A DNA stretch of 64,000 bases from Promethearchaeota archaeon (GTDB lineage Archaea; Asgardarchaeota; Lokiarchaeia; Sigyniarchaeales; SOKP01). The notes beneath the pieces are model-generated. The model saw only the letters and a program-made list of their open reading frames with translations, searched no databases and was not told where the DNA came from. Location of the stretch: the NCBI GenBank assembly GCA_030599585.1, contig JAUVNS010000007.1, forward strand, positions 209,694 to 273,693. Direction: 5' to 3'. Position 1 is the stretch's first letter; every line of letters begins with the position of its first letter. A program made the position numbers and the translations under genes. Below are positions 30,488 to 40,584 of the stretch, in pieces.

Positions 30488-31519
30488 TTATTTTAACATG
30501 GAATTATTCCTTCTGATAACTGTTTCAGCTTGTTTCATTATTCTTTCAATAATATCATTAACATCGTCTACACTATCAATAATTCCTATTGATTGACCAA
30601 GTAGAACAGCTCCGGTTTCAATATCTCCTTTATATACCCTGTCATAGGCACCCATATCTTTTGCTCTTTGTTCTGGAGATATAGAGTTTTCGTACGCTAT
30701 CATTTCTTCTTTACTGCTAGGCGCTGGATGCGATAATGCATACTTGTTTTTGTATAAACGAATAGGACCAAAGGATCCTGTAAAAAGCCCAGTATCTTGT
30801 GGATTTCCCGGGGGAATTAATGCTTTATAATCCGCGTGAAACTCACTCTGTTTGGAAGCTATAAATCTTGAACCCATTGCTACGGCTCCTGCACCTAGTG
30901 AAAGACCAGCAGCTAAAGCTTCTCCACTAGCAAAACCCCCACAAGCAATTTTTGGTAAATCAGGGAATTTATTATTAATTTGTTGAAGCAGAACAAGAGT
31001 GCTGACTCTCTCATATGATTGGTGCCCTCCACCTTCAGTACCAGTCACCACTATTCCATCTACTCCTGCATTTATACACTTTTGAGCCAACCATACAGCT
31101 GGAGCTACGTGAAAGTGTTTAACTTCTGAGTTCTCCCTTAATTCTACAAAACTTTTCGATTCTGCGAGAGTTTTTGAAGAACCTGCAGATGTTAACCAAT
31201 ATTTACATTGATCTCGCATTCTAACGTTATTTTTTACTATCCTTGGTAATGATCTGACCATTTGTCTCACTCCAGGATTGTTCCGAGATGTAAGAATATT
31301 TAGACCGAACGGTTTATCGGTGTGTTCAATCATATATTCAATGCTTTTCTTATGTTCTTCAACAGGATTTGTGCCAACAATATTAACATTTGATAACACT
31401 CCTAATCCCCCAGCTTCACTGACAGCTAGAGCTAAATCACGGGTAAAAAAGGGACCCATTGGAGCGCTAAAAATAGGATGTTTAATCCCAAACATTTTTG
31501 TTATATTTGTTTCTATCAT
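30488..31519 (-). CDS. Nitronate monooxygenase / FabK-like FMN-dependent enoyl reductase
   Basis: HPIFSAPMG, AVSEAGGLG, TDKPFGLN, GTEGGGH, ACGGF, GAGAVAMGSRF, GQSIG. Confidence 0.85.
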   Translation of the reverse strand: MIETNITKMFGIKHPIFSAPMGPFFTRDLALAVSEAGGLGVLSNVNIVGTNPVEEHKKSIEYMIEHTDKPFGLNILTSRNNPGVRQMVRSLPRIVKNNVRMRDQCKYWLTSAGSSKTLAESKSFVELRENSEVKHFHVAPAVWLAQKCINAGVDGIVVTGTEGGGHQSYERVSTLVLLQQINNKFPDLPKIACGGFASGEALAAGLSLGAGAVAMGSRFIASKQSEFHADYKALIPPGNPQDTGLFTGSFGPIRLYKNKYALSHPAPSSKEEMIAYENSISPEQRAKDMGAYDRVYKGDIETGAVLLGQSIGIIDSVDDVNDIIERIMKQAETVIRRNNSMLK

Positions 31520-31580
31520 TTAATATATCACCTTTATTTGAATAAATTAACAGAATTATTAAAAATTCTTAATTAATACT

Positions 31581-33056
31581 TCATGTGTTCCATCTTCCGG
31601 GATTAAATATGTTATTTGGATCAATGCAACTTTTAATTTTATCGAATAATTTTAGCCAGCCTGGATTTATTACTTTACGCATTTTTTCCGTCATCCAAGC
31701 AGGTGTCTTATAAGGAATACAGCCCTCAGCGATGCACAGTTCCGCAATTTCGTTTAGTAAGTTATGAATTTTTTCCTCATCTTTATATTTATTATATCTA
31801 AGGATAGGGCGAAAAATTCCGTAATGAGCATGCTTCATAATTTTCATGTAAATAAATGGGGGAACCTTGTATTTTATAAACAGATCATTCACTTTAGGTA
31901 TTAAAAGTTCGAGTTTATGAGTTGGAGCATAGGATCCAAACCATGTTAACCCAGAATATTCTACTAATGATAAAATTACTGCTGGTAGATCTAAATGACA
32001 TCTTACTCTTAAACTGAATAATTTTGTAAACTCATCAGCATCAACTAAAAGAATTTTTATACCTTTTTTCTTCAAATTTTCTATAGTTAACTTCAAATAT
32101 TCCTCTTTAGCTCTGAGAAGGCTTTCTGTTTTACCCGAAATTGAAAAAAGGCATGCAAAATCGGGTTCTCCGGCTATTTTTACCGGTTCTGGAAGTTCTA
32201 CAGCCATTTTTACAACTTCTATGCTTACTGCTGAAATATCATCTACAATTTCAGTTCTTCCAACTTCTCTTATGACCGGTCCGATATCAGGTAAGCCAAA
32301 AACAATTCCAAGATAGGTTTTTTTAAAAGGGGGGTTTGGCCATAATTGCACGGCGCATTTGGTTACTAAGCCGGTCATTCCTTGCCAATTGATAAATAAA
32401 CCCATTAAATCTGGCATTGGATACCTACTCCACCAAGAATCATCATCTGCGGTATCTTTACCATAAAAGCAAGAACCAATCCGAATAAGTTCACCATCAG
32501 CGGTTATGACTTCCAGTCCATTGATAGAATCCCCCATAGAACCAAGTTTGCACGAGAGATTGTTCATACCACTCAAAATTACATTTCCAACCACTCCTGC
32601 GTAGGGTGGAGCGAAGGGGTAACTATATCTTAGATGTGGATAATTGTCGTCTAGGTGTTTTTTTAATTCTCCGAAAGTAACTCCTGGTTCCAGAAGAGCG
32701 TACATCATATTATCATTGATATGGAGAATTTTGTTCATTTTCTTCCCAAAATCGACGACAATACCACCCTGTTCTGGGATTGTTAAACCACCAACATTAT
32801 TCCCAGATATGTAAGGTACAATTGGTATTGAATTTTGGTCACAAAATTTCACCAGTTCGATTAATTGACCTGAATTTTCAGGAATAACTACGAAATCAGG
32901 CATATGAGGTTCACACTCTGTCATATCGTATGAGTATGGATATAAATCGGCAGGTTTATCTGTTACATTCTTAATTCCAAATATATCCTCTAATTTTTTA
33001 AACACGGTCTCCTTACTTATTTTCTCGTACAAATTTCTTTCCTTTGTTTCAGTCAT
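31581..33056 (-). CDS. FAD-binding oxidoreductase, paralog of 28481
   Basis: Same motifs and length (491 aa); shared DDDSWWSRYPMPDLMGLF and GCIPYKTP. Confidence 0.88.
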   Translation of the reverse strand: MTETKERNLYEKISKETVFKKLEDIFGIKNVTDKPADLYPYSYDMTECEPHMPDFVVIPENSGQLIELVKFCDQNSIPIVPYISGNNVGGLTIPEQGGIVVDFGKKMNKILHINDNMMYALLEPGVTFGELKKHLDDNYPHLRYSYPFAPPYAGVVGNVILSGMNNLSCKLGSMGDSINGLEVITADGELIRIGSCFYGKDTADDDSWWSRYPMPDLMGLFINWQGMTGLVTKCAVQLWPNPPFKKTYLGIVFGLPDIGPVIREVGRTEIVDDISAVSIEVVKMAVELPEPVKIAGEPDFACLFSISGKTESLLRAKEEYLKLTIENLKKKGIKILLVDADEFTKLFSLRVRCHLDLPAVILSLVEYSGLTWFGSYAPTHKLELLIPKVNDLFIKYKVPPFIYMKIMKHAHYGIFRPILRYNKYKDEEKIHNLLNEIAELCIAEGCIPYKTPAWMTEKMRKVINPGWLKLFDKIKSCIDPNNIFNPGRWNT

Positions 33057-33074
33057 ATGTTTTTTTTCACCTTC

Positions 33075-33497
33075 TTACCTGGTTTCTTTATTTATTTCGT
33101 AATAGTTGTTGTTAGGGTCTGAAGCGACCATTTGCATGCTTTTCAGAAAAATGTTCATAAATTTTAATAGAATTCTAAATTTCAGCAATCCCTTAATTCT
33201 TATTTTACGTTGAAAAACGGCTTTTACAGGGCTTGTCCTTCCATAAGCTAAATCTAAAAGTGTTATGATGTTCATTTTAACTTTTAGATCTACTTTTTTA
33301 TCGATATCGTTTACTTTAAAGTTAATTTCGTTGCGATGAAATATAATTTCAAGTGGATAGAAATCTTCGATATCAATCAGTATCTTCTTGTTCCAATCTA
33401 CAACAAGTTTTTGAAATTCGGGCTCGTCTTTCCTATAGTTTAAGATGGTGCTTATGGAAATTGAGAGCAAATCCTCCCCTTTTTGAATTGAAATCAC
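33075..33497 (-). CDS. SCP2-domain lipid-binding protein, paralog of 29967
   Basis: DLKVKM...SPVKAVFQRKIRIKG; shared C-terminus SMQM-x-A-x-DPN-x-NYYE-x-NK-x-TR. Confidence 0.7.
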   Translation of the reverse strand: MISIQKGEDLLSISISTILNYRKDEPEFQKLVVDWNKKILIDIEDFYPLEIIFHRNEINFKVNDIDKKVDLKVKMNIITLLDLAYGRTSPVKAVFQRKIRIKGLLKFRILLKFMNIFLKSMQMVASDPNNNYYEINKETR

Positions 33498-33852
33498 ATA
33501 TATAACCTAAATTTTATTTTTTTGATATATAGGTGACTGTTTATTTTCAAAATTTAAATATTCTTTTTTTAATCAAAAATTTAGGAAAAAGCTTACAAAA
33601 GAATTAGGGTATGTCTATTTATCTAAATATACAAATTTCTTTCTATTGGTCGTCTTCGTGCTTATTCCAATTGTATTATTATTCTAATAAGGATTATAAC
33701 ATCCCCTAGTAAATTAATTTCCACTCGTCTTCATGATTAGTAACTCCTGAATCCAATAAATCTATTGATTTACGAATATAAAAATCTTCTCTGTATCGTT
33801 AGTACTAATTTAAAAAATAATTGACTGAATTTAGATAAATATATGTTATAGC

Positions 33853-34812
33853 TCAAACCATAAGATTAAAAAGCAAAAAGTAGGAACTTAAATAGAGCAT
33901 AATGAAGAAAACTCCTGCTTTTTTGTCTATTTTCTGTCTTACTGCGACGGTAATAATAACGATAATACTAACGATAAGCGTATATAACACTGTTGGAACT
34001 GCTAATTCTGCTGTGACAGCTTGGGGGAAGAAGACCTGACCGATACCAATAGATAATGTAGAATCAACAATACAGGAACCAACGATATCCCCAATGGCAA
34101 TACCATGGTGACCAGCTCGGAGAGCGTGAATATCAACTACGAGTTCTGGGAGGGATGTGCCGATTGCAAGAACGAAGAAACTTATAATATATTCGTGAAC
34201 TTCTATATAAGTTGATATGAAAATTACCGATTGTACAATAGCATATGCACTAATAGTCACACCACCAAAACCGATTATAGCAATTAGAAGATGGTATCTT
34301 TTTTTCCTAGTGGGTTGCTTTATTTCTAGATGCTCTATTCTATGTTGTATACTGTCTTTATTCGTGCTGTAAATCAACCAAATATAAATAAATAGACTGA
34401 AAACCATGAAAATTGCATTAAGGCGTGTGATATATCCTTTCTCCACAATTGAAAATATGACAATAAGGGATAATACTTCACAAGAACCCAGAATTATTAT
34501 GTCTCTTCTATTTATATGAAATGCGCCGCAAACAATTGGCAAGAGTCCGAAGACCAAAGTGAGTTGGGTAAGATCTGAGCCTACAGAATCTCCTACATCA
34601 ATGTCTCCGTGACCTAAAGAACAAGAGATAATCGAATTAAATATTTCAGAAATATCCGTACCTATGGATACTAAAGTTACTCCAATTATTAATGGGGATA
34701 TTCCTAAAGCTGTGGCGAGTAGTGCTGAGTGTTTGACAGCATATTTACTTGAAAAGATTACTAGTGCAATGCCCCCGATAAGAATGAAAACTGCTAAGAC
34801 TAAATCGATCAT
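33853..34812 (-). CDS. Na+/Ca2+ antiporter (CaCA/YrbG family)
   Basis: Two alpha-repeats: SIGTDISE...GDSVGS and AIGTSLPE...GDIVGS; about 10 TMs. Confidence 0.88.
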   Translation of the reverse strand: MIDLVLAVFILIGGIALVIFSSKYAVKHSALLATALGISPLIIGVTLVSIGTDISEIFNSIISCSLGHGDIDVGDSVGSDLTQLTLVFGLLPIVCGAFHINRRDIIILGSCEVLSLIVIFSIVEKGYITRLNAIFMVFSLFIYIWLIYSTNKDSIQHRIEHLEIKQPTRKKRYHLLIAIIGFGGVTISAYAIVQSVIFISTYIEVHEYIISFFVLAIGTSLPELVVDIHALRAGHHGIAIGDIVGSCIVDSTLSIGIGQVFFPQAVTAELAVPTVLYTLIVSIIVIITVAVRQKIDKKAGVFFIMLYLSSYFLLFNLMV

Positions 34813-35113
34813 ATTATCCTCTCTATAAATTTGTAATTAAGATGTTATTCCCTAATTTGAATCTATCTGATATTCTCGAATAAATTTTTTGACCTTACTC
34901 TATTTTGCTACTAAAGGGATTCCAATAAGCGAATTTTCCGAATAATTTTCGATCTGAATAATTATTCGAATTAGTTCTCCGATCTATTATCTCATATATC
35001 CTATTTAAATTTATTCGAAATAAAATTGGAAATTATTATAAAAGTATCAAATTAAAAAAAAATGAAATAAAACAGCTCTTAGATATCGATTAAACAGCTT
35101 TACTTAAAAATAA

Positions 35114-36286
35114 TTAGCTTACTTCAATATGAGCTTCTAAATCTTTAATCAGTTTATCAACGTAACTAAGATCTGTAATAGTTATAGAGATGGCTTCGTT
35201 AGGACAAACGGTCTCACATCTACCACAGCCCAAACAGCTGTTCTGGTTCACTACAGCTTTGTTATCAATCATTTCCATGCCATTGAAGACGCAAACCTCG
35301 AGACATTCTTCGCAACCAACACAAAGATCCTCATCTACCTTCACAGTTATCCCATCCATCCTTTTAAACATCGTAGTTAGACCTTTTGAGGCATTTTGTA
35401 CGATAGTACCATCTATACAGCAACAAGGACAGCAAAAACACATTGATAAGAAATGTCCCGTATCTTGAACCCCAAATCCTTCAGCCTCATCCATTGCTCT
35501 TCCAAGTAATGGAATTAAACCGTCCTCAATAGCGAGTCTTACATGTTCTAAGGCTTCCTCCTTCGAAATGACATTACTCTTGAAATGGGGTGAAGGGAAA
35601 TTTAACGTATCATTACCCATGTGCATACATCCTAGATCAATATTGTGATCTTTACATTTATGATATGCTCTACAACCACAGTCATGCATCTTGACAATAT
35701 TACTCGCTTTATCAATAAAATGTTTAAAAACCTTGAGAGGAATGACTTGGCTTTCGTAGGTTCCAAGAGTCTTATTGATTGGTATAAATGCTCCAAAATC
35801 ATCTTCTGATACTCGTTGCGTTACAAGTTTTCTAAAAATAGGTATTTTTGAAAGGACAAAAGGATGGAACTCTTTTTCTTTGTTAAATCGAGCAACAACG
35901 AACGGTTTATTTATCCTAGCATTTTTTTTACCCGTTTCTTTTTCAATCTCTTTCCATCCGATAGTTTGATTGATTTTAAAATTACCACCATAAGCCGGGC
36001 CATAATCAAATTCAAAGAGTTCTCCCTTCAAGAAAGTAATTGCTATATCGCCGTCTCTAATTACTAGCGATATATCGGGCTTATCTAACTTTTCTCCAAA
36101 TTTATAGGAGACTTTATCTTGCTCGAAGATCTGATATCCTAGGATCCCACAAATCTTCCATTGAACTCTAAGAGTTCCGATAGTTTTGATGTCCTCCTGA
36201 TAAAGCGTGTCATTCGGAGCGTTTTCCTCTGTTTCTTTTAGCATTTTTTTAAACAATGCTTCAATTTCCACTTTACTTTCTACCAT
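35114..36286 (-). CDS. 4Fe-4S protein with SCP2-like N-terminus and C-terminal 2x4Fe-4S ferredoxin
   Basis: CGCR-x3-C...GC, CFCCPCCC, CVGCEECLEVC, CLGCGRCETVCP; ATG at 36286 preferred to track start 36322. Confidence 0.8.
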   Translation of the reverse strand: MVESKVEIEALFKKMLKETEENAPNDTLYQEDIKTIGTLRVQWKICGILGYQIFEQDKVSYKFGEKLDKPDISLVIRDGDIAITFLKGELFEFDYGPAYGGNFKINQTIGWKEIEKETGKKNARINKPFVVARFNKEKEFHPFVLSKIPIFRKLVTQRVSEDDFGAFIPINKTLGTYESQVIPLKVFKHFIDKASNIVKMHDCGCRAYHKCKDHNIDLGCMHMGNDTLNFPSPHFKSNVISKEEALEHVRLAIEDGLIPLLGRAMDEAEGFGVQDTGHFLSMCFCCPCCCIDGTIVQNASKGLTTMFKRMDGITVKVDEDLCVGCEECLEVCVFNGMEMIDNKAVVNQNSCLGCGRCETVCPNEAISITITDLSYVDKLIKDLEAHIEVS

Positions 36287-36398
36287 TATAACCCCTTGCT
36301 TAATCCTAATTAATATTAACAATATGTTTCGAAGTATTAAAAATTTAATTCTTATGCAAATATCCTATTTTTATTTAATTATTGATAAAAAGCAAAAT

Positions 36399-36434
36399 CT
36401 AGTCGAGGATTATTTGTCCTTCTGACTTTGAATA
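36399..36434 (-). pseudogene. Short 3'-end remnant of an MFS gene (second copy)
   Basis: Reads ...KSEGQIILD*; 36399-36422 matches 37932-37955 (EGKIILD*) at 22/24 nt. Confidence 0.45.
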
Positions 36435-36596
36435 AAGCCATCTAATTCGCTCATCATATTTTTAAATAGAATTTCTAATTCTTTCATGGCTACACCTTCA
36501 TTATCTAATTCTCATAATTTATTTTAAAAAAAAAATAAATTTCACTTCTCGGAGTCCCGCGATGAGACATGAACCCATCGACAACTTGGCATCCCC

Positions 36597-37817
36597 CTAG
36601 CTGACATCCACATAGGACTCTATGCGAGCAATCATCCTATCCACACCATCATCCTCGATGGTGATGGTTATCGCTCCAGTGGGGCACACCCTCTCGCACC
36701 TTCCGCAGCCTCTGCAGTGATCCTTACCTTCTCTGTCGATCACTGCAACCTGGTCGATGACCTCCATCCCACCGTATATGCATACCTCGAGACATAGCTC
36801 GCATCCATTACAGAGAGCCTCATCGACTGTGACGGACACGCCCTCCATCTTCTGATGCCACAGTCTCAGATATCTGGGTGAGTCCTTGCCAGAGCCCTCG
36901 ACACAGCAACAGGGACAACAGAAGCAGATGTGCATCAGATCGCCCTGTTCAGGCAGAGCCCTATAGATGATCGTATCGGATTTGACTCTCCCCAGAGAAG
37001 GCAGGAGACCAGCAGCAACAGCACGACGCGATCGTTCCAATGCCTCTTCTTTGGTACCGATCCTTCCAAAGGTATTCATCCTCAGGGCCCCCTTGCCCAG
37101 GGCCATGCATCCGATGGACTGGTCATAATTCTCGCAATTGGCGAGCGAGCGACACGGGCACATAGTGAAGATATAGACGTCACTTGCCTTGTTTATGAAG
37201 TATTCGAGAACTGCAAGAGGTATCGACTGGTTCTCGTACGTGCCCAAGGACTCATTGATTGGAATGCGAACGTCGTTCGAGTTCTCGGGATCTGTGGTTC
37301 GCTCCATGATCGGTCGAAACACGGGAATTCTCACCAGGCGAGAAGACAATCTTTTTTGCTTGGGGGGGGCATTCTCTTTTGCGGTATTCAACTTAGGGGC
37401 ATTACCGGGTGTAAAACCAGTTAACTTTCCAATTCTCTTTTCCTTGTAAGTCCCGTCGGGGCCCTTTATGCCAACCAAGAACTTAGTCCCCAGGAGGGCC
37501 GGCCAATGACTGATTTCGTCGTTGAGGAACTGGTAGGCCAGATCAAGATCAGTGCACCCCAATACAAGGGTCGGGTCTTCAGCTTCTTCGTCGATCTTGA
37601 ATGAATACTCTGTCTCGTCGAATACTTGATATCCTCTGATAGGACCGAACTTCCATTGCACTATTTCGTGGAAGTCCTTCATGTCCTCTGCGTAGAACTC
37701 ATACTGCACTGCATACTTCGCGGCATCCTCTAACATCTTCACGAAAAGCTCTCTAACTTTGATATTTTTTTCCCGCATGGCTATTCCGCCATCTTCCTCT
37801 GTTTCTTTTCTACTCAT
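36597..37817 (-). CDS. GC-rich paralog of 35114 Fe-S protein
   Basis: CPCR-x3-C...GC, CFCCPCCC, CNGCELCLEVC, CRGCGRCERVCP; sampled 60-nt lines 48-62% GC versus 33-40% in the neighbour. Confidence 0.85.
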   Translation of the reverse strand: MSRKETEEDGGIAMREKNIKVRELFVKMLEDAAKYAVQYEFYAEDMKDFHEIVQWKFGPIRGYQVFDETEYSFKIDEEAEDPTLVLGCTDLDLAYQFLNDEISHWPALLGTKFLVGIKGPDGTYKEKRIGKLTGFTPGNAPKLNTAKENAPPKQKRLSSRLVRIPVFRPIMERTTDPENSNDVRIPINESLGTYENQSIPLAVLEYFINKASDVYIFTMCPCRSLANCENYDQSIGCMALGKGALRMNTFGRIGTKEEALERSRRAVAAGLLPSLGRVKSDTIIYRALPEQGDLMHICFCCPCCCVEGSGKDSPRYLRLWHQKMEGVSVTVDEALCNGCELCLEVCIYGGMEVIDQVAVIDREGKDHCRGCGRCERVCPTGAITITIEDDGVDRMIARIESYVDVS

Positions 37818-37931
37818 AATTTAACCTTGCTAATTCGCATAGATATTGTTATTTTACCTTTTATAATTCAATTACCTTTATTAAAAATATTAAAATTTGA
37901 ATTCTTGTATCTTTTTTTTATCTTGTATAAA

Positions 37932-38099
37932 CTAATCGAGGATTATTTTTCCTTCGGTTTTACTAATAAATAATATTGGAATCACTGATGATAGAGAAAT
38001 CACCCCTCCAAAAATGAATATCTCGGGGGTTGGAATGTATCCATCAGCTATAGGGATACCGAATGTGCTTATAATAGCCGATCCAATCGAAGGTCCTAA
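37932..38099 (-). pseudogene. 3'-terminal remnant of an MFS transporter gene
   Basis: 55-codon frame LGPSIGSAIISTFGIPIADGYIPTPEIFIFGGVISLSSVIPILFISKTEGKIILD*, no start, begins directly after the oligo-T terminator of the intact MFS gene. Confidence 0.6.
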
Positions 38100-38114
38100 A
38101 AAAAAAGAAAAAAA
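38098..38114 (-). terminator. Oligo-T terminator of the MFS gene
   Basis: A-rich run on + strand (T-run on -) about 12 nt after the stop at 38126; similar T-runs follow genes at 16807, 22538, 23820, 26213, 45938 and 53222. Confidence 0.5.
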
Positions 38115-38125
38115 GTTTAAAATTA

Positions 38126-39559
38126 TTAAAATCCGAGTTCTTCCATCTTAGCTTTATTAGCTAATATCTTTTCCTGAGTTAGAGGGAAAAACTTCCAAAT
38201 AATAAGAACTCCCACGAGTAACACTAACGCTGGAATGACACCCTGGATAAGGCGGATACCTATAAGCACGGGGGTCATATTAGAAACCACGACGGCCATT
38301 TCGTCATAAGTAGGATATCCGGGAAGGAAGCCTGAAACATCATGAACAACCGCAATAATTAACTCGTCAATAGATGCAACAAATCGAGCAAGCAATGCAG
38401 AAATCCCGAAGAGAACTCCTTTTTGATTTTTCCCCATCTTGACAATAACATCCTCGGTCACACTCGGACCGATTATAGTATATACATATGAGTTCAAACC
38501 TCCCAGGGCGAGTCCGTAAATGAATGCCATGATCATTAAATCTATAGGCCCTTGAAAGAAACTCAATGCAAATAACGTGACACATGATGCGAGACCCGCA
38601 ACAATGAGAGCTTTCTTATTATTGTTTATTTTCTTGATATACCTAAGCCAAATAGGAATAGATATCAAGGTACCTAGGAGATTTAAACCTAAAATAATAA
38701 AATAGGTTAAGCTACCAGCCTGTAAAACGTAAGTCGTTAGATACCACATATTTACTACTACAAGGGTTATTTGAATTCCAAGACAAGTGCCAAAGATAAA
38801 ATACACCACATAAGTTCTCGATTTTAAAGCTTCTTTAAAGACTTTAAAAAAATTCATTCGCTTTACAGAGTCGGGTGAATAAAACCGATCAATCATTATT
38901 TTATCCTCACGGTTACCAGGGAGAGACAAAATACCAAAAAGAAGAGCTATTATGGCGACTACTCCTCCCATTAAAGAATAACTGGCTAATGCGTTACCGG
39001 GATCGATGAATAGGGAAGGTAATAACATCCCGAGGAGTATAGCTACGATGTCGATTGGTGCATAATATTTTGTGAATCTTCGACGTTCGTATTCCGTTCG
39101 AAACTTTTCCATTTGAACTAACTTGTAATTAATATTCACAAGGGTGCCAAAGGTGTCGAGTAAAACTAATGTTAATAATAACCATAAAAAAGCAGGCAAA
39201 GGATTAGCAACAGCATCGATATTTGGGGCTGAAAAGTGAAGGTAAACAGAAAAAGCCCAAGGGATGATGCCTATGACAATCCATGGAAATCGTCTTCCCC
39301 ATTTTCTCGTGAATCTCAAATTCCGATCGATTAAAAAACCAAAAATAGGGTCGTTAACTCCGTTGTATACCAGAAAGATACTCATGGCGATAAAGACTAA
39401 CCACGCATTTAATCCAATAACAGTTTCATAATAGACTAGTGTAAATCCTTGAATAGAACCTATTAATGTAGAGCAAAGGAGACCGCTAGCATTGGAAAGG
39501 AAAGTCCGTCTTGAATGTCTTGTTTCATTAGATTCAGTATAAGTAATAGTTTCATTCAT
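38126..39559 (-). CDS. MFS transporter, glycoside-pentoside-hexuronide (MelB-like) family
   Basis: NGVNDPIFGFLIDR, KWGRRFPW, about 12 TMs, FPLT near the C-terminus. Confidence 0.88.
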   Translation of the reverse strand: MNETITYTESNETRHSRRTFLSNASGLLCSTLIGSIQGFTLVYYETVIGLNAWLVFIAMSIFLVYNGVNDPIFGFLIDRNLRFTRKWGRRFPWIVIGIIPWAFSVYLHFSAPNIDAVANPLPAFLWLLLTLVLLDTFGTLVNINYKLVQMEKFRTEYERRRFTKYYAPIDIVAILLGMLLPSLFIDPGNALASYSLMGGVVAIIALLFGILSLPGNREDKIMIDRFYSPDSVKRMNFFKVFKEALKSRTYVVYFIFGTCLGIQITLVVVNMWYLTTYVLQAGSLTYFIILGLNLLGTLISIPIWLRYIKKINNNKKALIVAGLASCVTLFALSFFQGPIDLMIMAFIYGLALGGLNSYVYTIIGPSVTEDVIVKMGKNQKGVLFGISALLARFVASIDELIIAVVHDVSGFLPGYPTYDEMAVVVSNMTPVLIGIRLIQGVIPALVLLVGVLIIWKFFPLTQEKILANKAKMEELGF

Positions 39560-39779
39560 AATTGATTACATCATATTTTTTTATTAAATTTATATATCAA
39601 TATGTATTGATATTAAAACACTATTGTTTCTTATTGTATATAAATACTATTTCTCTTGGAATAAGAGAGACTTCTAAAATCTTTATACATAATAAAAATA
39701 AATCTTAAGAAACGGGTAAAACCTAAATAAAGATTAATAGCTCTTTATTATAATTATATACTGGATTATCCCAGATGAA

Positions 39780-40553
39780 GTGAACAGTCTAATGGAAAAT
39801 AAAACTACTATTAAAAAGATAAGAGACTTCTTAGAGCAAGAGCAGAATAGTGGGAAAACTTTATTTTCCTATCAATCACCCTTAAACCAGAGCAATCTGT
39901 TAACTAATTCCAAAATCGGAATAGGTTTAAATAAGTACAATGAAATAATCCTTGAAGAGGAAATGGGTTTAGAGCTTGGTGGCATGAATAGAAAATCATT
40001 TTCAATAATATTTCCAATTAGCGAATCTCAATTAATCGAACACGGAAAAATAACATTATTAGGAAGAGAAATGAATAAGATAGGGGAGACAAATATAGAT
40101 TTTGGGATGATGATATTAATTGGAATCAATAACGGTACGGATAAGGAAATAGATGCGTTAAGACATTTGAATTTCTTATCAAACGGTATTGAAGGGTTTT
40201 CAATTCGAACGATTCCTCGTAGATTTTGGTGTAGAATTAATACTTCAGCTCTAAAGAAAGGTTTCTCGTTCGAATTCTTAGGCGATGCGATAATTTCTCT
40301 GTATCAACAAAAATTTAAAGGTTTAATTAAATCAATAGAAATCATTTTCATTAATTCTTATCAAGACTCTATCGAGCAATTTATTGTGCATTCCTCAGAT
40401 ATCTACTCTAAGCTAAAGGAAAAATGGAAAAATAAAATAGACGAATGGAGAAAAAGGATTGATTGTGATTACGATTGGGGCTGTGAAATATGCCCTTATA
40501 GGGAAGAATGCTACAAAATCAAACAAGTGTTAGTTTCTCGCGAAGAGATTTAA
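39780..40553 (+). CDS. Stand-alone acetyl-CoA synthase (CdhC/AcsB) middle-domain-like protein with C-terminal Cys cluster
   Basis: LELGG...SF, GKITLLG, IEGF-x-IR...W-x-R-I-x-x-x-A-x-x-K-G-F-S-F-x-x-L-G; C-terminal C-x5-CxxC-x5-C; adjacent to cooC. Confidence 0.6.
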   Translation: MNSLMENKTTIKKIRDFLEQEQNSGKTLFSYQSPLNQSNLLTNSKIGIGLNKYNEIILEEEMGLELGGMNRKSFSIIFPISESQLIEHGKITLLGREMNKIGETNIDFGMMILIGINNGTDKEIDALRHLNFLSNGIEGFSIRTIPRRFWCRINTSALKKGFSFEFLGDAIISLYQQKFKGLIKSIEIIFINSYQDSIEQFIVHSSDIYSKLKEKWKNKIDEWRKRIDCDYDWGCEICPYREECYKIKQVLVSREEI

Positions 40554-40584
40554 ATTACAAGAAAAGAATAGATGGAATCAGATA

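Noticed and set aside
36930-37449. Plus-strand ORFs 36930-37424 and 37189-37449
   Set aside because: Antisense to the GC-rich Fe-S gene, where stops are rarer; no motifs.
36399-37955. Shared 24-nt motif as a transcription-factor operator
   Set aside because: It reads as the last codons and stop of the MFS remnant, so a coding origin explains it; a secondary regulatory role is not excluded.
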